From positions 1 to 50,462 of the forward strand of contig JBAXDL010000007.1 in assembly GCA_037140955.1 (NCBI GenBank): a DNA stretch of 50,462 nucleotides, read 5' to 3'. Position 1 is the stretch's first letter. Each line of letters begins with the position of its first letter. Source of the stretch: a bacterium (GTDB lineage: Bacteria > Patescibacteriota > Minisyncoccia > Moranbacterales > GWC2-37-73). Shown here piece by piece: positions 36,733-46,394 of the stretch. Both the position numbers and the translations under genes were made by a program. The notes under the pieces were generated by a model. The model did no database searches, was not told the DNA's origin, and was given only the letters and a program-made list of their open reading frames with translations.

Positions 36733-37500
36733 TTACACAATTGGCAACCAACGCGTGCTTGAAAGCACCAAAGCAACAAGTGTTGCAAAAAATAACATAT
36801 TAGCAAAAACTCTTTTTTTTGATAATATGTTCAAAAAATGGCACTGCACCAAGTCCCAGAACACATAGTAAAAAATAAGACTAATAACGCCTGTTGTCAA
36901 GTATCCAAATGGCCAAAAATTCAAAATCCACACTATCTCAGCCATTACTAGTCCCAAGACAAGACTGAAGTTTAAAACATTCCTCTTGTCATCATTAATG
37001 AGCCAGAAATATTGAAAGCTAACAAACACCGTTACTAGCATCATCATGAACATTAAAATCCAGAGCGGTATGGCAAAGTTTAAATATATTCCATATGCCA
37101 TTGCATTGAAAAGAAAAATTGTGGCCACACTTCCAGCTGAAATTACACCCCTAGCAGTCTGATCTTTTTGATAATGACGCAAGCGGTATAGTGCAATATG
37201 CAAAAAATAATAAGCAATGGCACTGAGCGCGATCAATAATTGCTGTTGCTTTATTGATTGAACAAAATACAAAAGACCAAAAGTTGAAACTACCAACAAG
37301 ATTGGAATTGGAACCATGCTAATTTTTTGCGATACACGTTTGGCAATTTGATAATAATAAACCAAAGCAGTAACAAACAAAGTGGCAAGCGTCCAGAATC
37401 CAGCTTCGGAAATAAAACTACTCATTGAATCGGTGGTGATAAACTGTAGCATCAGAAAAAAAATCAAACTATACAAAAAAATTTGAAATTGAAAAAACAT
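36733..37500 (-). CDS. polytopic membrane protein (DUF5656-like)
   Basis: about 9 TM segments, AEIVWILNFWP motif. Confidence 0.7.
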   Translation of the reverse strand: MFFQFQIFLYSLIFFLMLQFITTDSMSSFISEAGFWTLATLFVTALVYYYQIAKRVSQKISMVPIPILLVVSTFGLLYFVQSIKQQQLLIALSAIAYYFLHIALYRLRHYQKDQTARGVISAGSVATIFLFNAMAYGIYLNFAIPLWILMFMMMLVTVFVSFQYFWLINDDKRNVLNFSLVLGLVMAEIVWILNFWPFGYLTTGVISLIFYYVFWDLVQCHFLNILSKKRVFANMLFFATLVALVLSSTRWLPIV

Positions 37501-37594
37501 AAAATATAATATCTATACAAAATTTAAAGAAAACTATCACATCTTCAATATTCGCATTTTATGTTAACTATGTCAAAAAATGACGATATATTCA

Positions 37595-40210
37595 CTATTT
37601 TTCAAAAATTATTTTTTCGTTTTTTAATTTTATGCGCACAATGTCACCATCTACAATCTTTCGTTCGATTATTTGCAAAGCCAATTCATCAAGTATTTCA
37701 TTTTGAATGATACGCTTAAGAGGTCTTGCTCCATAAATCGGATCATAACCTTTCTGCGTCAAATAAGCTTTAACCTCATTTGATATCTTAAGTTTGATAT
37801 TTTTTTCATCCAAACGATTTTGCACCAAATTCAATTGAAGATTTGCTATTTCCAGAAGAACTTTCTTGTCCAACGGATGAAAAATTATCAAATCATCAAT
37901 TCTGTTCAAAAATTCAGGCTTAAACTGTTCGCGAAGACTGGCTTGAACTTTTGCCCTCATCTCGTTTTCATCAGTAACATCGTCCTTGCGTTCACCTTGA
38001 AAACCAAACGATTCCATTTTGTAAATAATATCACTGCCAACATTGGAGGTCATGATAATAACCGTATTTTTGAAATTAACAATACGACCCTTGGAATCAG
38101 TTAGTCTTCCATCATCCAGGATTTGAAGCAGAATATTGAAAACCTGAGGATGCGCCTTTTCAATTTCATCAAACAAAATAACACTATATGGTCTTCTTCT
38201 AACGATTTCAGTCAACTGACCACCTTCATCATATCCAACATAGCCAGGAGGAGAACCAATCATTTTGGCAGTTGAATGTGATTCCATATACTCACTCATG
38301 TCCAATCTGATCATTGATTTTACATCATTAAACAAAAACTCTGCCAAAGTTTTTGCCAATTCTGTTTTTCCCACACCCGTTGGACCAAGAAAGATAAAAG
38401 ATCCAATGGGCTTGTTTTCTTGTGAGATCCCTGCACGCGAGCGACGAACAGCATTTGAAACGGCAGCAATTGCCTCTGTCTGACCAATAACGCGCTTTTC
38501 CAATTCTTTTTCCATGAAGGCAAGTTTTTCAAGCTCACTTTCTAGCATTTTTGAAATTGGAATTCCCGTCCAACGCGAAACAACCTTAGCAATTTCTTCG
38601 GCGGTTATTTCTTCTTTTAAGATTGAATTTTCTTTTTGAATTTTGCTTAGCTTCTTTTCTTCGTCTTTAATCTTTTTTTCCAAAAACGGAATTTTTCCAT
38701 AGCGAATTTCAGCAACCTTGTCTAGCTGTCCATTTCTTTCTGCAATTTCAGCTTCCGATTTCAGCTTGTCAATTTCTTTTTTATGTTGACGACTAGCCGT
38801 GATCAAGTCTTTTTCTGTTCTCCATTGCAAGGTCAAAATATTTGCCTTCTCTTTCAATTCTGCCAACTGTTTGTTGATTTGCAAAATCTTGCTGCGAGAC
38901 TCTTTGACCTTGTCCTGTTGAATAGCCTTTTTTTCAATTTCTAGTTGTCGAATCTTTCTTTGCATTTGATCAATTTCCGTTGGCATTGAATCAATTTCCA
39001 TGCGCAAAGCAGATGCTGCTTCATCAATCAAATCGACAGCTTTGTCCGGCAAAAATCTGTCTGAGATATATCTTGAAGACAACTTTACAGCAGCCTGCAA
39101 GGCATCGTCAGTGATTTTTATTCCGTGATGCAATTCATATTTTTCTTTGATTCCTCTTAATATTGCCAAAGAATCTTCCTGTGAAGGCTCGCTGACAATG
39201 ACTGGCTGAAATCTTCTTTCCAGTGCTGCATCTTTTTCGATATATTTTTGATATTCTCTGATTGTTGTTGCTCCGATTGTTTTTAATTTTCCACGCGCAA
39301 GCGCAGGCTTCAGCATGTTTGAAGCATCAAGAGAACCTTCAGTTGCTCCTGCACCCACAAGTGTGTGTAATTCATCAATAAAAATGATATATTTTCCATC
39401 CGCATGTTCAGTCTCTTTCAAAATTGCTTTCAATCTGTCTTCAAATTCACCACGAAATTTTGCTCCAGCCAAAAGAGCACCAAGATCAAGAGAAATCAAT
39501 TCCTTGTCTTTAAGTGTTTCTGGAACATCTCCGGAAGCAATTCTCTGGGCCAATCCTTCAGCAATGGCAGTTTTTCCTGTTCCAGCTTCACCAATCAAAA
39601 CAGGATTATTTTTTCTGCGACGACTAAGCACCTGCATCACTCGACGTATTTCCTCATCGCGGCCAATCACTGGATCAAGCTTGTCCAAGCGTGCCAACTC
39701 CGTCAAATTGATGGTGTATTTTTCAATCACCTGAAACTTCCCTTCCGGCTCTGGAGTGTCAACTTTTTGCGCTCCGCGAAGCTGTGAAAGAATTTGCAAA
39801 ACTACTTCATATTTTACACCATTGCCTTCTAGAATTTTTTTGGCAGGAGAATTTAGCGCCAAAAATGCCAAAAGCAAATGCTCTGTTGAGACAAAATCAT
39901 CACCAATATTTTCCATCTCCTTTTCCGCTTGTTCCAAAATCTGAACAAGCATAGGAGTGATAAAAATTTGCCCCAAGGCTCCTATTTCCGTTTTGGGGTA
40001 TTTTTTTATTTCTTCCAGCACATCAATTTTTATTTTTTCAAGATCAATTCCAATTTTTTTCAAAATTACCGGCGCAATTGAACCATCCTGAGCAATAAGC
40101 GAACCAAGCAAATGAAAAACATCAATCTGCTGCTGGCCCATTGAAATTGCTTGCTCCTGAGATTGTTTGAGCAGTTCTTGAGATTTTATTGTGAGCTTAT
40201 TGATATCCAT
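37595..40210 (-). CDS. clpB: ATP-dependent chaperone ClpB
   Basis: two AAA modules ([16 protein letters not shown]), long M-domain coiled coil, GARPLKR. Confidence 0.96.
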   Translation of the reverse strand: MDINKLTIKSQELLKQSQEQAISMGQQQIDVFHLLGSLIAQDGSIAPVILKKIGIDLEKIKIDVLEEIKKYPKTEIGALGQIFITPMLVQILEQAEKEMENIGDDFVSTEHLLLAFLALNSPAKKILEGNGVKYEVVLQILSQLRGAQKVDTPEPEGKFQVIEKYTINLTELARLDKLDPVIGRDEEIRRVMQVLSRRRKNNPVLIGEAGTGKTAIAEGLAQRIASGDVPETLKDKELISLDLGALLAGAKFRGEFEDRLKAILKETEHADGKYIIFIDELHTLVGAGATEGSLDASNMLKPALARGKLKTIGATTIREYQKYIEKDAALERRFQPVIVSEPSQEDSLAILRGIKEKYELHHGIKITDDALQAAVKLSSRYISDRFLPDKAVDLIDEAASALRMEIDSMPTEIDQMQRKIRQLEIEKKAIQQDKVKESRSKILQINKQLAELKEKANILTLQWRTEKDLITASRQHKKEIDKLKSEAEIAERNGQLDKVAEIRYGKIPFLEKKIKDEEKKLSKIQKENSILKEEITAEEIAKVVSRWTGIPISKMLESELEKLAFMEKELEKRVIGQTEAIAAVSNAVRRSRAGISQENKPIGSFIFLGPTGVGKTELAKTLAEFLFNDVKSMIRLDMSEYMESHSTAKMIGSPPGYVGYDEGGQLTEIVRRRPYSVILFDEIEKAHPQVFNILLQILDDGRLTDSKGRIVNFKNTVIIMTSNVGSDIIYKMESFGFQGERKDDVTDENEMRAKVQASLREQFKPEFLNRIDDLIIFHPLDKKVLLEIANLQLNLVQNRLDEKNIKLKISNEVKAYLTQKGYDPIYGARPLKRIIQNEILDELALQIIERKIVDGDIVRIKLKNEKIIFEK

Positions 40211-40217
40211 GAATACA

Positions 40218-40354
40218 AATTTTTAATTTCCAATTTTTAATTTTATAAATAAATCAAAAAACTTTAATGTTTTTACTCCAAATTTATTCCCTTAGAAGAA
40301 TAATTTAGGAATTAAGAAATTATTTAAAAATTACAAAAATTAAAAATTACAAAA
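40218..40354. repeat. heptamer inverted-repeat element (family C, degenerate)
   Basis: AATTTTT AATTTCC AATTTTT AATTTTA ... AAAAATT-type units upstream of clpB. Confidence 0.55.
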
Positions 40355-40366
40355 TCATTACGAAAT

Positions 40367-41683
40367 TTAGCTTTTACGTTCTTCCAATTTTACCTGCACA
40401 TCCTTGATACTACCTTTGTGTGAAATTTTCAATGTAATCGTATCACCAACATTATATTTGCTAATGACATCATTCAATTGATTGTTTTCATCTAATTTTT
40501 GACCATTAATTTCCAGGATGATATCATTTTCCATTATTCCGGCTTTGTCAGCAGGAGAACCAGGGATCACTGCAAAGTCAGTCATTTTTGTTCCGCGCAA
40601 AACCAACACGCCATAAGAAAAATCAATGCCAGTATCCTTTTGAACACTGCTATCAATTGGGATATACCTTACACCCAAATATGGAATTGATATTTTGACT
40701 CCAGTTTTCACCTGATCAATGAGTCGCTTGGCTTGATTGATTGGCAAAGCAAAGCCAACATTTTGAGCACCTTTTGCAATGGCAACATTAATTGCGATCA
40801 CATCACCATTAATATTAAGCAATGGTCCACCAGAATTTCCAGAATTAATAGCTGCATCAGTTTGAATAATATCAGTAAGCCTTTCGCTGTCACCAAATGA
40901 ACTAGCTGCGTTAATGTTTCTCTTTAGACCTGAAACTATTCCACGGCTAACAGTGTTGGAAAATTCTCCCAATGAATTTCCAATAGCAACAACAGTTTGT
41001 CCTATTTTCAGATTTTGCGAATCACCGAGCTGTATGGTTGGAAAATTATTTCCTTCAATTTTAATGATAGCAATGTCATATATTGGGTCACTTGCTAAAA
41101 CCTTGGCGTCATATTCCTTGCCATCGCTAGTAATTACCGTATAAGATGCTTGCGTGTCTTCAATAACATGCCTGTTTGTCAAAATATAACCATCGGACTG
41201 GAAAATGAAACCACTACCGCCGCCAATTGTTTGTTTTTGACCAGGAGTTGTTGTGTCGTTTTGAGCACTTCCTCCACCATTACCAAAAAAATCAAACAAC
41301 CCACCAGGACCATTCATGTTGATCCTGTTTCTAGTGATATTTTTTGAAATTGAAATGCTAACCACGGCAGGAGAAACACGCTCCACCAAATCTGTTACCG
41401 CAGAGTCTTCTATGACAACTTGCTGTTTGTTGACTTTTGCATCATCCTTGCTGGAGACTGGAAAATATTGATCTATTTTTTTTGAAAATATTTGAGTTGC
41501 ACCTGCTGACAAGAAACCAAAAAGCGCTCCCATCACAGATGACAACATGATTGTGATTACCATCAAAACAACCAGTATTTTGCCAGTGAAAAAAAATTTT
41601 TTCTTTTTTTCTAAATTTGATTCATCAAAAATATTTTCATTATTTTTTTCAGAAATTTGCTCATCATTTTGCATGTTTTCCAT
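40367..41683 (-). CDS. htrA: HtrA/DegP serine protease with PDZ domain
   Basis: TNRHV, YDIA, QTDAAINSGNSGGPL intact triad. Confidence 0.93.
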   Translation of the reverse strand: MENMQNDEQISEKNNENIFDESNLEKKKKFFFTGKILVVLMVITIMLSSVMGALFGFLSAGATQIFSKKIDQYFPVSSKDDAKVNKQQVVIEDSAVTDLVERVSPAVVSISISKNITRNRINMNGPGGLFDFFGNGGGSAQNDTTTPGQKQTIGGGSGFIFQSDGYILTNRHVIEDTQASYTVITSDGKEYDAKVLASDPIYDIAIIKIEGNNFPTIQLGDSQNLKIGQTVVAIGNSLGEFSNTVSRGIVSGLKRNINAASSFGDSERLTDIIQTDAAINSGNSGGPLLNINGDVIAINVAIAKGAQNVGFALPINQAKRLIDQVKTGVKISIPYLGVRYIPIDSSVQKDTGIDFSYGVLVLRGTKMTDFAVIPGSPADKAGIMENDIILEINGQKLDENNQLNDVISKYNVGDTITLKISHKGSIKDVQVKLEERKS

Positions 41684-41813
41684 AATAAGTAGCAGAAATA
41701 TAAATAAGCCTTGCTTAGAAATTTTCTATTTATTTTAAAAAATTATTAACAACCCACTAGATATTACTGAGTAAAAAACTCATTAAGACTAATACAAGAG
41801 GAGAATATTAATA

Positions 41814-41847
41814 TTTCCAATATCACCAACAAGGGTGATATTGGAAA
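41814..41847. repeat. perfect 14-bp palindrome (REP-like or terminator)
   Basis: TTTCCAATATCACC-AACAAG-GGTGATATTGGAAA. Confidence 0.6.
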
Positions 41848-41894
41848 CAAAAGTTTGTACCCTCAAATTGGTCAAAACACCATGCAAGCAAAAA

Positions 41895-42074
41895 CTATTC
41901 TAAAGAAATAGCGTTTACCGGGCAACTGTCTACAGCCTCTTGCACGTCGCAATCTCCACAATCTTCACTAACAACGTGTGATTTTCCATCCTTTATTTGA
42001 AACACGCTAGAACATAGTGATTCACATGTTCCACATCCGATGCACAAATCTTCGTTTACAACTGGTTTTGTCAT
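41895..42074 (-). CDS. small ferredoxin (59 aa, absent from the ORF track)
   Basis: manual translation MTKPVVNEDLCIGCGTCESLCSSVFQIKDGKSHVVSEDCGDCDVQEAVDSCPVNAISLE; CxxCxxC...CP. Confidence 0.93.
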   Translation of the reverse strand: MTKPVVNEDLCIGCGTCESLCSSVFQIKDGKSHVVSEDCGDCDVQEAVDSCPVNAISLE

Positions 42075-42099
42075 ATTATTTTTTTTAAAAAATTATTTA

Positions 42100-43167
42100 T
42101 TAAAACATTATCGACGCATCACCTTGAAACTTTGCTCTTTCAACTGCTTCAAATTCGCGCATTTTTTCATCCCTAAAATCAACCATGCCCTTTTTTGAAT
42201 CCCAAGTAAACTCAGCCAATGGCAAAGAAACTTTCATTTGTTTCTTTTGCGTGTCCAGCCAATCACTAAACGAATCTTTGGAAACAAAAATTTGTCTCAA
42301 CTGCAAAATATCCTCACCATTTTCTTTTTTGCTATTTTCAATTTCAACAATATGAAAACCAATAGAACTTTCTATGATTGAATTTTTTTGAAAAGAACTT
42401 TTTCCAAACAATGCCTCTTGTAACTGCGGCAAAACCTGATCTTTCTTTGCCCAACCAAGTTCACCATCTTTTTCACGAGAAGGTCCCTGTGAATACATAC
42501 GCACAACTTGAACAAATTCTTTTCCAGCTTCAAGATCTTTCTGTGCTTGCAAAATCTTTTCCTTGGCCGATGCTGTGCCTCCAAGTTCTTCTGCTTGGAT
42601 TTTGCTTGCCAATGCATCAGCATAAATTCCAGGCAAAACAATTCGCTGTTTGAATTCTTCCACATCCCAACCATATGATTTCAAAAGATCAGCCTTAAAA
42701 TCTTCCGCGCTTCCAAATTCAGCCAGTTTTTGAGATACAACTTTTTCAGCATCCTTGTCGCCAAAAGAAAGACCTCTTTCTTTTGATAAAACCTCAATAA
42801 TCTTGTCTTCAACCATTTTGTCTAAAATCTCTCTTTCTTTGATCCTCAGACGTTTTTTTCCATTTTCTGTTGTAAAATCAATGCGTAAACCCTCTTTAGC
42901 AAAATCCTGTGTCTGATAAAACTTCTGGACAGATGCCATGTTCTTTTCAACATCGTTGATATATACAATATTTGTCCAGCCAATAATCGCAGCAGGAAAA
43001 GGAATCACTTTGGCAATTTTGACAGCTATTTTGTTGCCTATTTCAGTGTTTGTGCCATAGGCCAAAATGCTGCCAACAAGCAAAACAACCACAAACAAAA
43101 TCAAAATGCCATACACAAGAGTTGATACTTTTACTTTTTTTTCGTCGCTATCGATGTGTTTTTTCAT
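42100..43167 (-). CDS. SurA/PrsA-like parvulin foldase
   Basis: N-terminal TM, SurA-N helices, DGELGW..., IESSIGFHIV. Confidence 0.85.
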   Translation of the reverse strand: MKKHIDSDEKKVKVSTLVYGILILFVVVLLVGSILAYGTNTEIGNKIAVKIAKVIPFPAAIIGWTNIVYINDVEKNMASVQKFYQTQDFAKEGLRIDFTTENGKKRLRIKEREILDKMVEDKIIEVLSKERGLSFGDKDAEKVVSQKLAEFGSAEDFKADLLKSYGWDVEEFKQRIVLPGIYADALASKIQAEELGGTASAKEKILQAQKDLEAGKEFVQVVRMYSQGPSREKDGELGWAKKDQVLPQLQEALFGKSSFQKNSIIESSIGFHIVEIENSKKENGEDILQLRQIFVSKDSFSDWLDTQKKQMKVSLPLAEFTWDSKKGMVDFRDEKMREFEAVERAKFQGDASIMF

Positions 43168-43215
43168 AAAATAAAATTTATTTTTTCAGCAATCAAAACT
43201 TTTTTTGTTTACTTT

Positions 43216-43599
43216 TTAATATTTAAAAAAGAAATTCCACCATTTTTGATAATTAGGAACAGCTGCCTGAGGTTGAACATCCTCCTCAATTGCAACCTCT
43301 TGCTGCTGCTCTTTTTGGGCGCCAGGCTTTACTACTACCACACTTTCATCAGTTTTTTGGAGATTGAGCTTTTCTTTAGCAATCTTTTCTTGAAAATCAC
43401 TAGTTTCAAAATATGCAATACGCTGACCAAGCAAATCATTCTCTTTGGCAATACGATCAGCTTCCTGTTGCAATGCTTGAACCTCTTTCTCGATTGTTTT
43501 TGAGCGATAAGCCTCACGCACAGCACTGATCGAGATTAAAACAGCCAGAACAATACCAGCGATAAAAAAAATAACCACGAATGAAAACTTTTTTTTCAT
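43216..43599 (-). CDS. septum formation initiator (FtsB/DivIC family)
   Basis: TM plus coiled coil, EKIAKEKLNL...ESVVVV. Confidence 0.85.
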   Translation of the reverse strand: MKKKFSFVVIFFIAGIVLAVLISISAVREAYRSKTIEKEVQALQQEADRIAKENDLLGQRIAYFETSDFQEKIAKEKLNLQKTDESVVVVKPGAQKEQQQEVAIEEDVQPQAAVPNYQKWWNFFFKY

Positions 43600-43605
43600 T
43601 TTGTT

Positions 43606-43719
43606 TTAACGTCCAATAAATAATGAAGACAGAGAAAATCCAACCATTGAAATGATGGCCAAAACAGAGATTATTATCCACAGTATTTTCGCTCTTCTTT
43701 TTCTTTTTTGATGACTCAT
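43606..43719 (-). CDS. 37-aa small membrane protein (absent from the ORF track)
   Basis: manual translation MSHQKRKRRAKILWIIISVLAIISMVGFSLSSLFIGR; basic N-terminus plus one TM, stop 6 nt before the next gene. Confidence 0.7.
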   Translation of the reverse strand: MSHQKRKRRAKILWIIISVLAIISMVGFSLSSLFIGR

Positions 43720-43842
43720 CCGGTAGTAGAAATTCGAATGGCCTTTGGCCAAAACTAATCTCAAAAATTAACAACTAAACTTTATTTTTTCCGAAAGTAA
43801 AAATTCTTACAAAACAACTTATTTTCGAATTTTCACTACCGG
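43720..43842. mobile_element. MITE-like palindromic element family A, copy 2
   Basis: terminal IR CCGGTAGT/ACTACCGG flanked by ACTCAT direct repeats (43714-43719, 43843-43848). Confidence 0.78.
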
Positions 43843-43894
43843 ACTCATGCTTTTATTTTATCAAATTTTTTAGTAAAATACAACACACAAAAAA

Positions 43895-45694
43895 CTATTT
43901 TTTAAGCACTGCCAAATATGCTTCTGATGGCACTTGAACTTTTCCAATGCTGCGCATTTTCTTTTTCCCCTTCTTTTGTTTATCAAGAAGCTTATTTTTT
44001 CGCGTCACGTCGCCTCCATATAGTCCAGAAATAACATCTTTGCGAAAAGGCCTGATGGTTTCACGTGCAATAATTTTTGCTCCAATTGAAGCCTGCACTG
44101 GAATCACAAAGTTTTGACGCGGAATGGCAGCGGCCAATTTTTCCACAATTCTTTTTCCTTCACCGTGAGCGCGCTCCCTTGGGACAATGCGACCCAGCGC
44201 TTCCACAACTTCCCCCGCCAAAAGAATGTCCAATTTGATCAAGTCAGATTTTCGATATCCCACCACATCATAACTCATGGAAGCGTAGCCAGAAGAAACA
44301 CTTTTCAAATCATCATGAAAATTCACGATAATGTCCATCAGTGGAACCTCAAAAGTCAGCAATATTCTTTCCAGATCAATATATTCAGTGTTGAGATATG
44401 TTGAGCGCAACGTTCCCATAAGCTCCATGATTGATCCAAGATATGTTGCGGGTGTAATGATGTCCAATTTCACATATGGCTCAGAAATCTCCTCAAGCTG
44501 CGAAGGATCTGGCATTTGTGTTGCACTATAAATCTTTTTTATTTCATCGGATCCGCGCAGTTTAATTTCATAGACTACACTTGGCGTGGTGATGGTTGGA
44601 GAAAAATCAAATTCTCGTTCAAGTCTTTCGCGAATAATTTCCAAATGCAAAAGCCCAAGGAATCCACAACGAAATCCTTTTCCAAGAGCCAGATTGCTTT
44701 CCGGCTCAAAAACAAATGATGCATCATTCAATTTCAATTTCTCCAAAGAATCGCGCATTGCATTGTATGCATCTCCCTCAATCGGATACAGACCAGCATA
44801 AACCATCGGCCTCACCTCCTTGTATCCTTCCAATGCTTGCACATGTGTGGCATCACCTTCAACTGTGATGGTATCACCAACACGACAAAACTCCACGCTT
44901 TTAAGTCCAGTGGCGATATAGCCAATGTCACCAGCTGTTAGCATCTGTGTGGCTGAAAATTCTGGCTTGAAATATCCCACTTCGATCACACCACTTTCTT
45001 TTTCAGTTGCCATCATGCGAATTTCATCATCGCGCTTCACATGACCATCCACAATGCGGACATAGGCCAGCACTCCTTTGTAAGTGTCATATTTTGAATC
45101 AAAAATAAGTGCGCGAAGTGGTTTCTCGCTGTCACCATTGGGAGCAGGAACTTTTTCAATAATAGTTTTTAAAATTTGATCCACTCCCACGCCAGTTTTT
45201 CCAGAAGCTTCCAAGATATCCTCTTCTTTGCAGCCAAGGATGTGAATGATTTCTTTTTTGGTTTTTTCCACATTTGAATTTGGCAAATCAATTTTGTTCA
45301 CTACTGGAATAATTTCCAAATCCTGTTCAATGGCCAAATACAAATTAGAAAGTGTTTGTGCTTGCACTCCCTTGGTTGCATCAACCAACAGCACCGCTCC
45401 TTCCACGGCTGCCAATGATCTTGAAACTTCATAGCCAAAATCAACATGACCAGGAGTGTCAATAAGATTCAAGATATAATCCTCGCCATTTGAAGAATAG
45501 TTCATACGAGCTGGTTGCAACTTGATGGTGATGCCGCGTTCTCGCTCAATATCCATCTGATCCAGCAATTGCTCCTTCATTCTGCGCATTTCCACGGTTT
45601 TGGTCACCTCCAAAAGCCTGTCAGCCAAAGTTGACTTGCCATGGTCTATATGCGCAATTATACAAAAGTTTCTAACGTTTTTTTGTTGATCCAT
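43895..45694 (-). CDS. lepA: elongation factor 4
   Basis: RNFCIIAHIDHGKSTLADR, ERERGITIK, GFRCGFLGLLH, YGGDVTRK; start MDQQKNV. Confidence 0.98.
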   Translation of the reverse strand: MDQQKNVRNFCIIAHIDHGKSTLADRLLEVTKTVEMRRMKEQLLDQMDIERERGITIKLQPARMNYSSNGEDYILNLIDTPGHVDFGYEVSRSLAAVEGAVLLVDATKGVQAQTLSNLYLAIEQDLEIIPVVNKIDLPNSNVEKTKKEIIHILGCKEEDILEASGKTGVGVDQILKTIIEKVPAPNGDSEKPLRALIFDSKYDTYKGVLAYVRIVDGHVKRDDEIRMMATEKESGVIEVGYFKPEFSATQMLTAGDIGYIATGLKSVEFCRVGDTITVEGDATHVQALEGYKEVRPMVYAGLYPIEGDAYNAMRDSLEKLKLNDASFVFEPESNLALGKGFRCGFLGLLHLEIIRERLEREFDFSPTITTPSVVYEIKLRGSDEIKKIYSATQMPDPSQLEEISEPYVKLDIITPATYLGSIMELMGTLRSTYLNTEYIDLERILLTFEVPLMDIIVNFHDDLKSVSSGYASMSYDVVGYRKSDLIKLDILLAGEVVEALGRIVPRERAHGEGKRIVEKLAAAIPRQNFVIPVQASIGAKIIARETIRPFRKDVISGLYGGDVTRKNKLLDKQKKGKKKMRSIGKVQVPSEAYLAVLKK

Positions 45695-45743
45695 AAATTT
45701 CAATATTTCCTTAATACTACACATAAAGTTTGTTTTAAGCAAG

Positions 45744-45778
45744 AAAAGGACCTGCTCGCATTTGCAAGCAGGTCCTTT
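45744..45778 (-). terminator. terminator of the 45780-46223 gene
   Basis: AAAGGACCTGCT/AGCAGGTCCTTT stem. Confidence 0.8.
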
Positions 45779-45779
45779 G

Positions 45780-46223
45780 TTATTTCTTGTTGAGGAAATA
45801 GTTCCTTGGAATTTCTTTCCTTTCCTCAACAATTTCGCAGGCTATTTGATCATAGCCTTTGATTATGAGGTACTTTCTACTCTTGTGCGTTTTCTTGTTT
45901 TCCGCAACAAGATTGACGAATGTCCCTTCCATCAAAAACATTGGACTTTTTTCAATTTCCAATGTCACATCTCCTTTGGAAAAGACCAAGACACTTAGTT
46001 GTGCAGTCTGCAACCACTGCATCTGCACCTTGCCTTTTGCATCGAAAATACTTTCGATGCCTTGCTGCGAATTGGCAAAGCGAGAAAGATCAGGACACTG
46101 CAGTTTGGCAAAATTTCTTGCCAATTCAATATCCAATTCTTGATAATCCTGAGCCAGTGTTGGCAGCGGCAAAGATACCAAAACTGCAACAAACACCACA
46201 AACATCATTTTCAAACTTTTCAT
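45780..46223 (-). CDS. secreted hypothetical protein
   Basis: signal peptide ending TLA; GGGAGG RBS before MKSLKMM. Confidence 0.75.
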   Translation of the reverse strand: MKSLKMMFVVFVAVLVSLPLPTLAQDYQELDIELARNFAKLQCPDLSRFANSQQGIESIFDAKGKVQMQWLQTAQLSVLVFSKGDVTLEIEKSPMFLMEGTFVNLVAENKKTHKSRKYLIIKGYDQIACEIVEERKEIPRNYFLNKK

Positions 46224-46280
46224 TTTACTACCTCCCTTTGGGCTTGTTTCGAATTTTGCCATAAATTATGACAATTGATC

Positions 46281-46309
46281 ATTATAGCACCTTTGTGGCA
46301 ATTTGTAAA
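46281..46309 (-). promoter_or_regulatory. sigma70-type promoter
   Basis: TTTACA-17-TATAAT (TG-extended) on the minus strand. Confidence 0.65.
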
Positions 46310-46394
46310 GCCTAACAGCAAAAATGGCTCAAAATAGAGCCATTTTTTAATAAAAAAAACAATATAACTGCAAGTTATTGATAACAAAAAATTC

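Noticed and set aside
14397-40354. Heptamer arrays or other repeats as CRISPR arrays
   Set aside because: No constant repeat with unique spacers and no cas genes.
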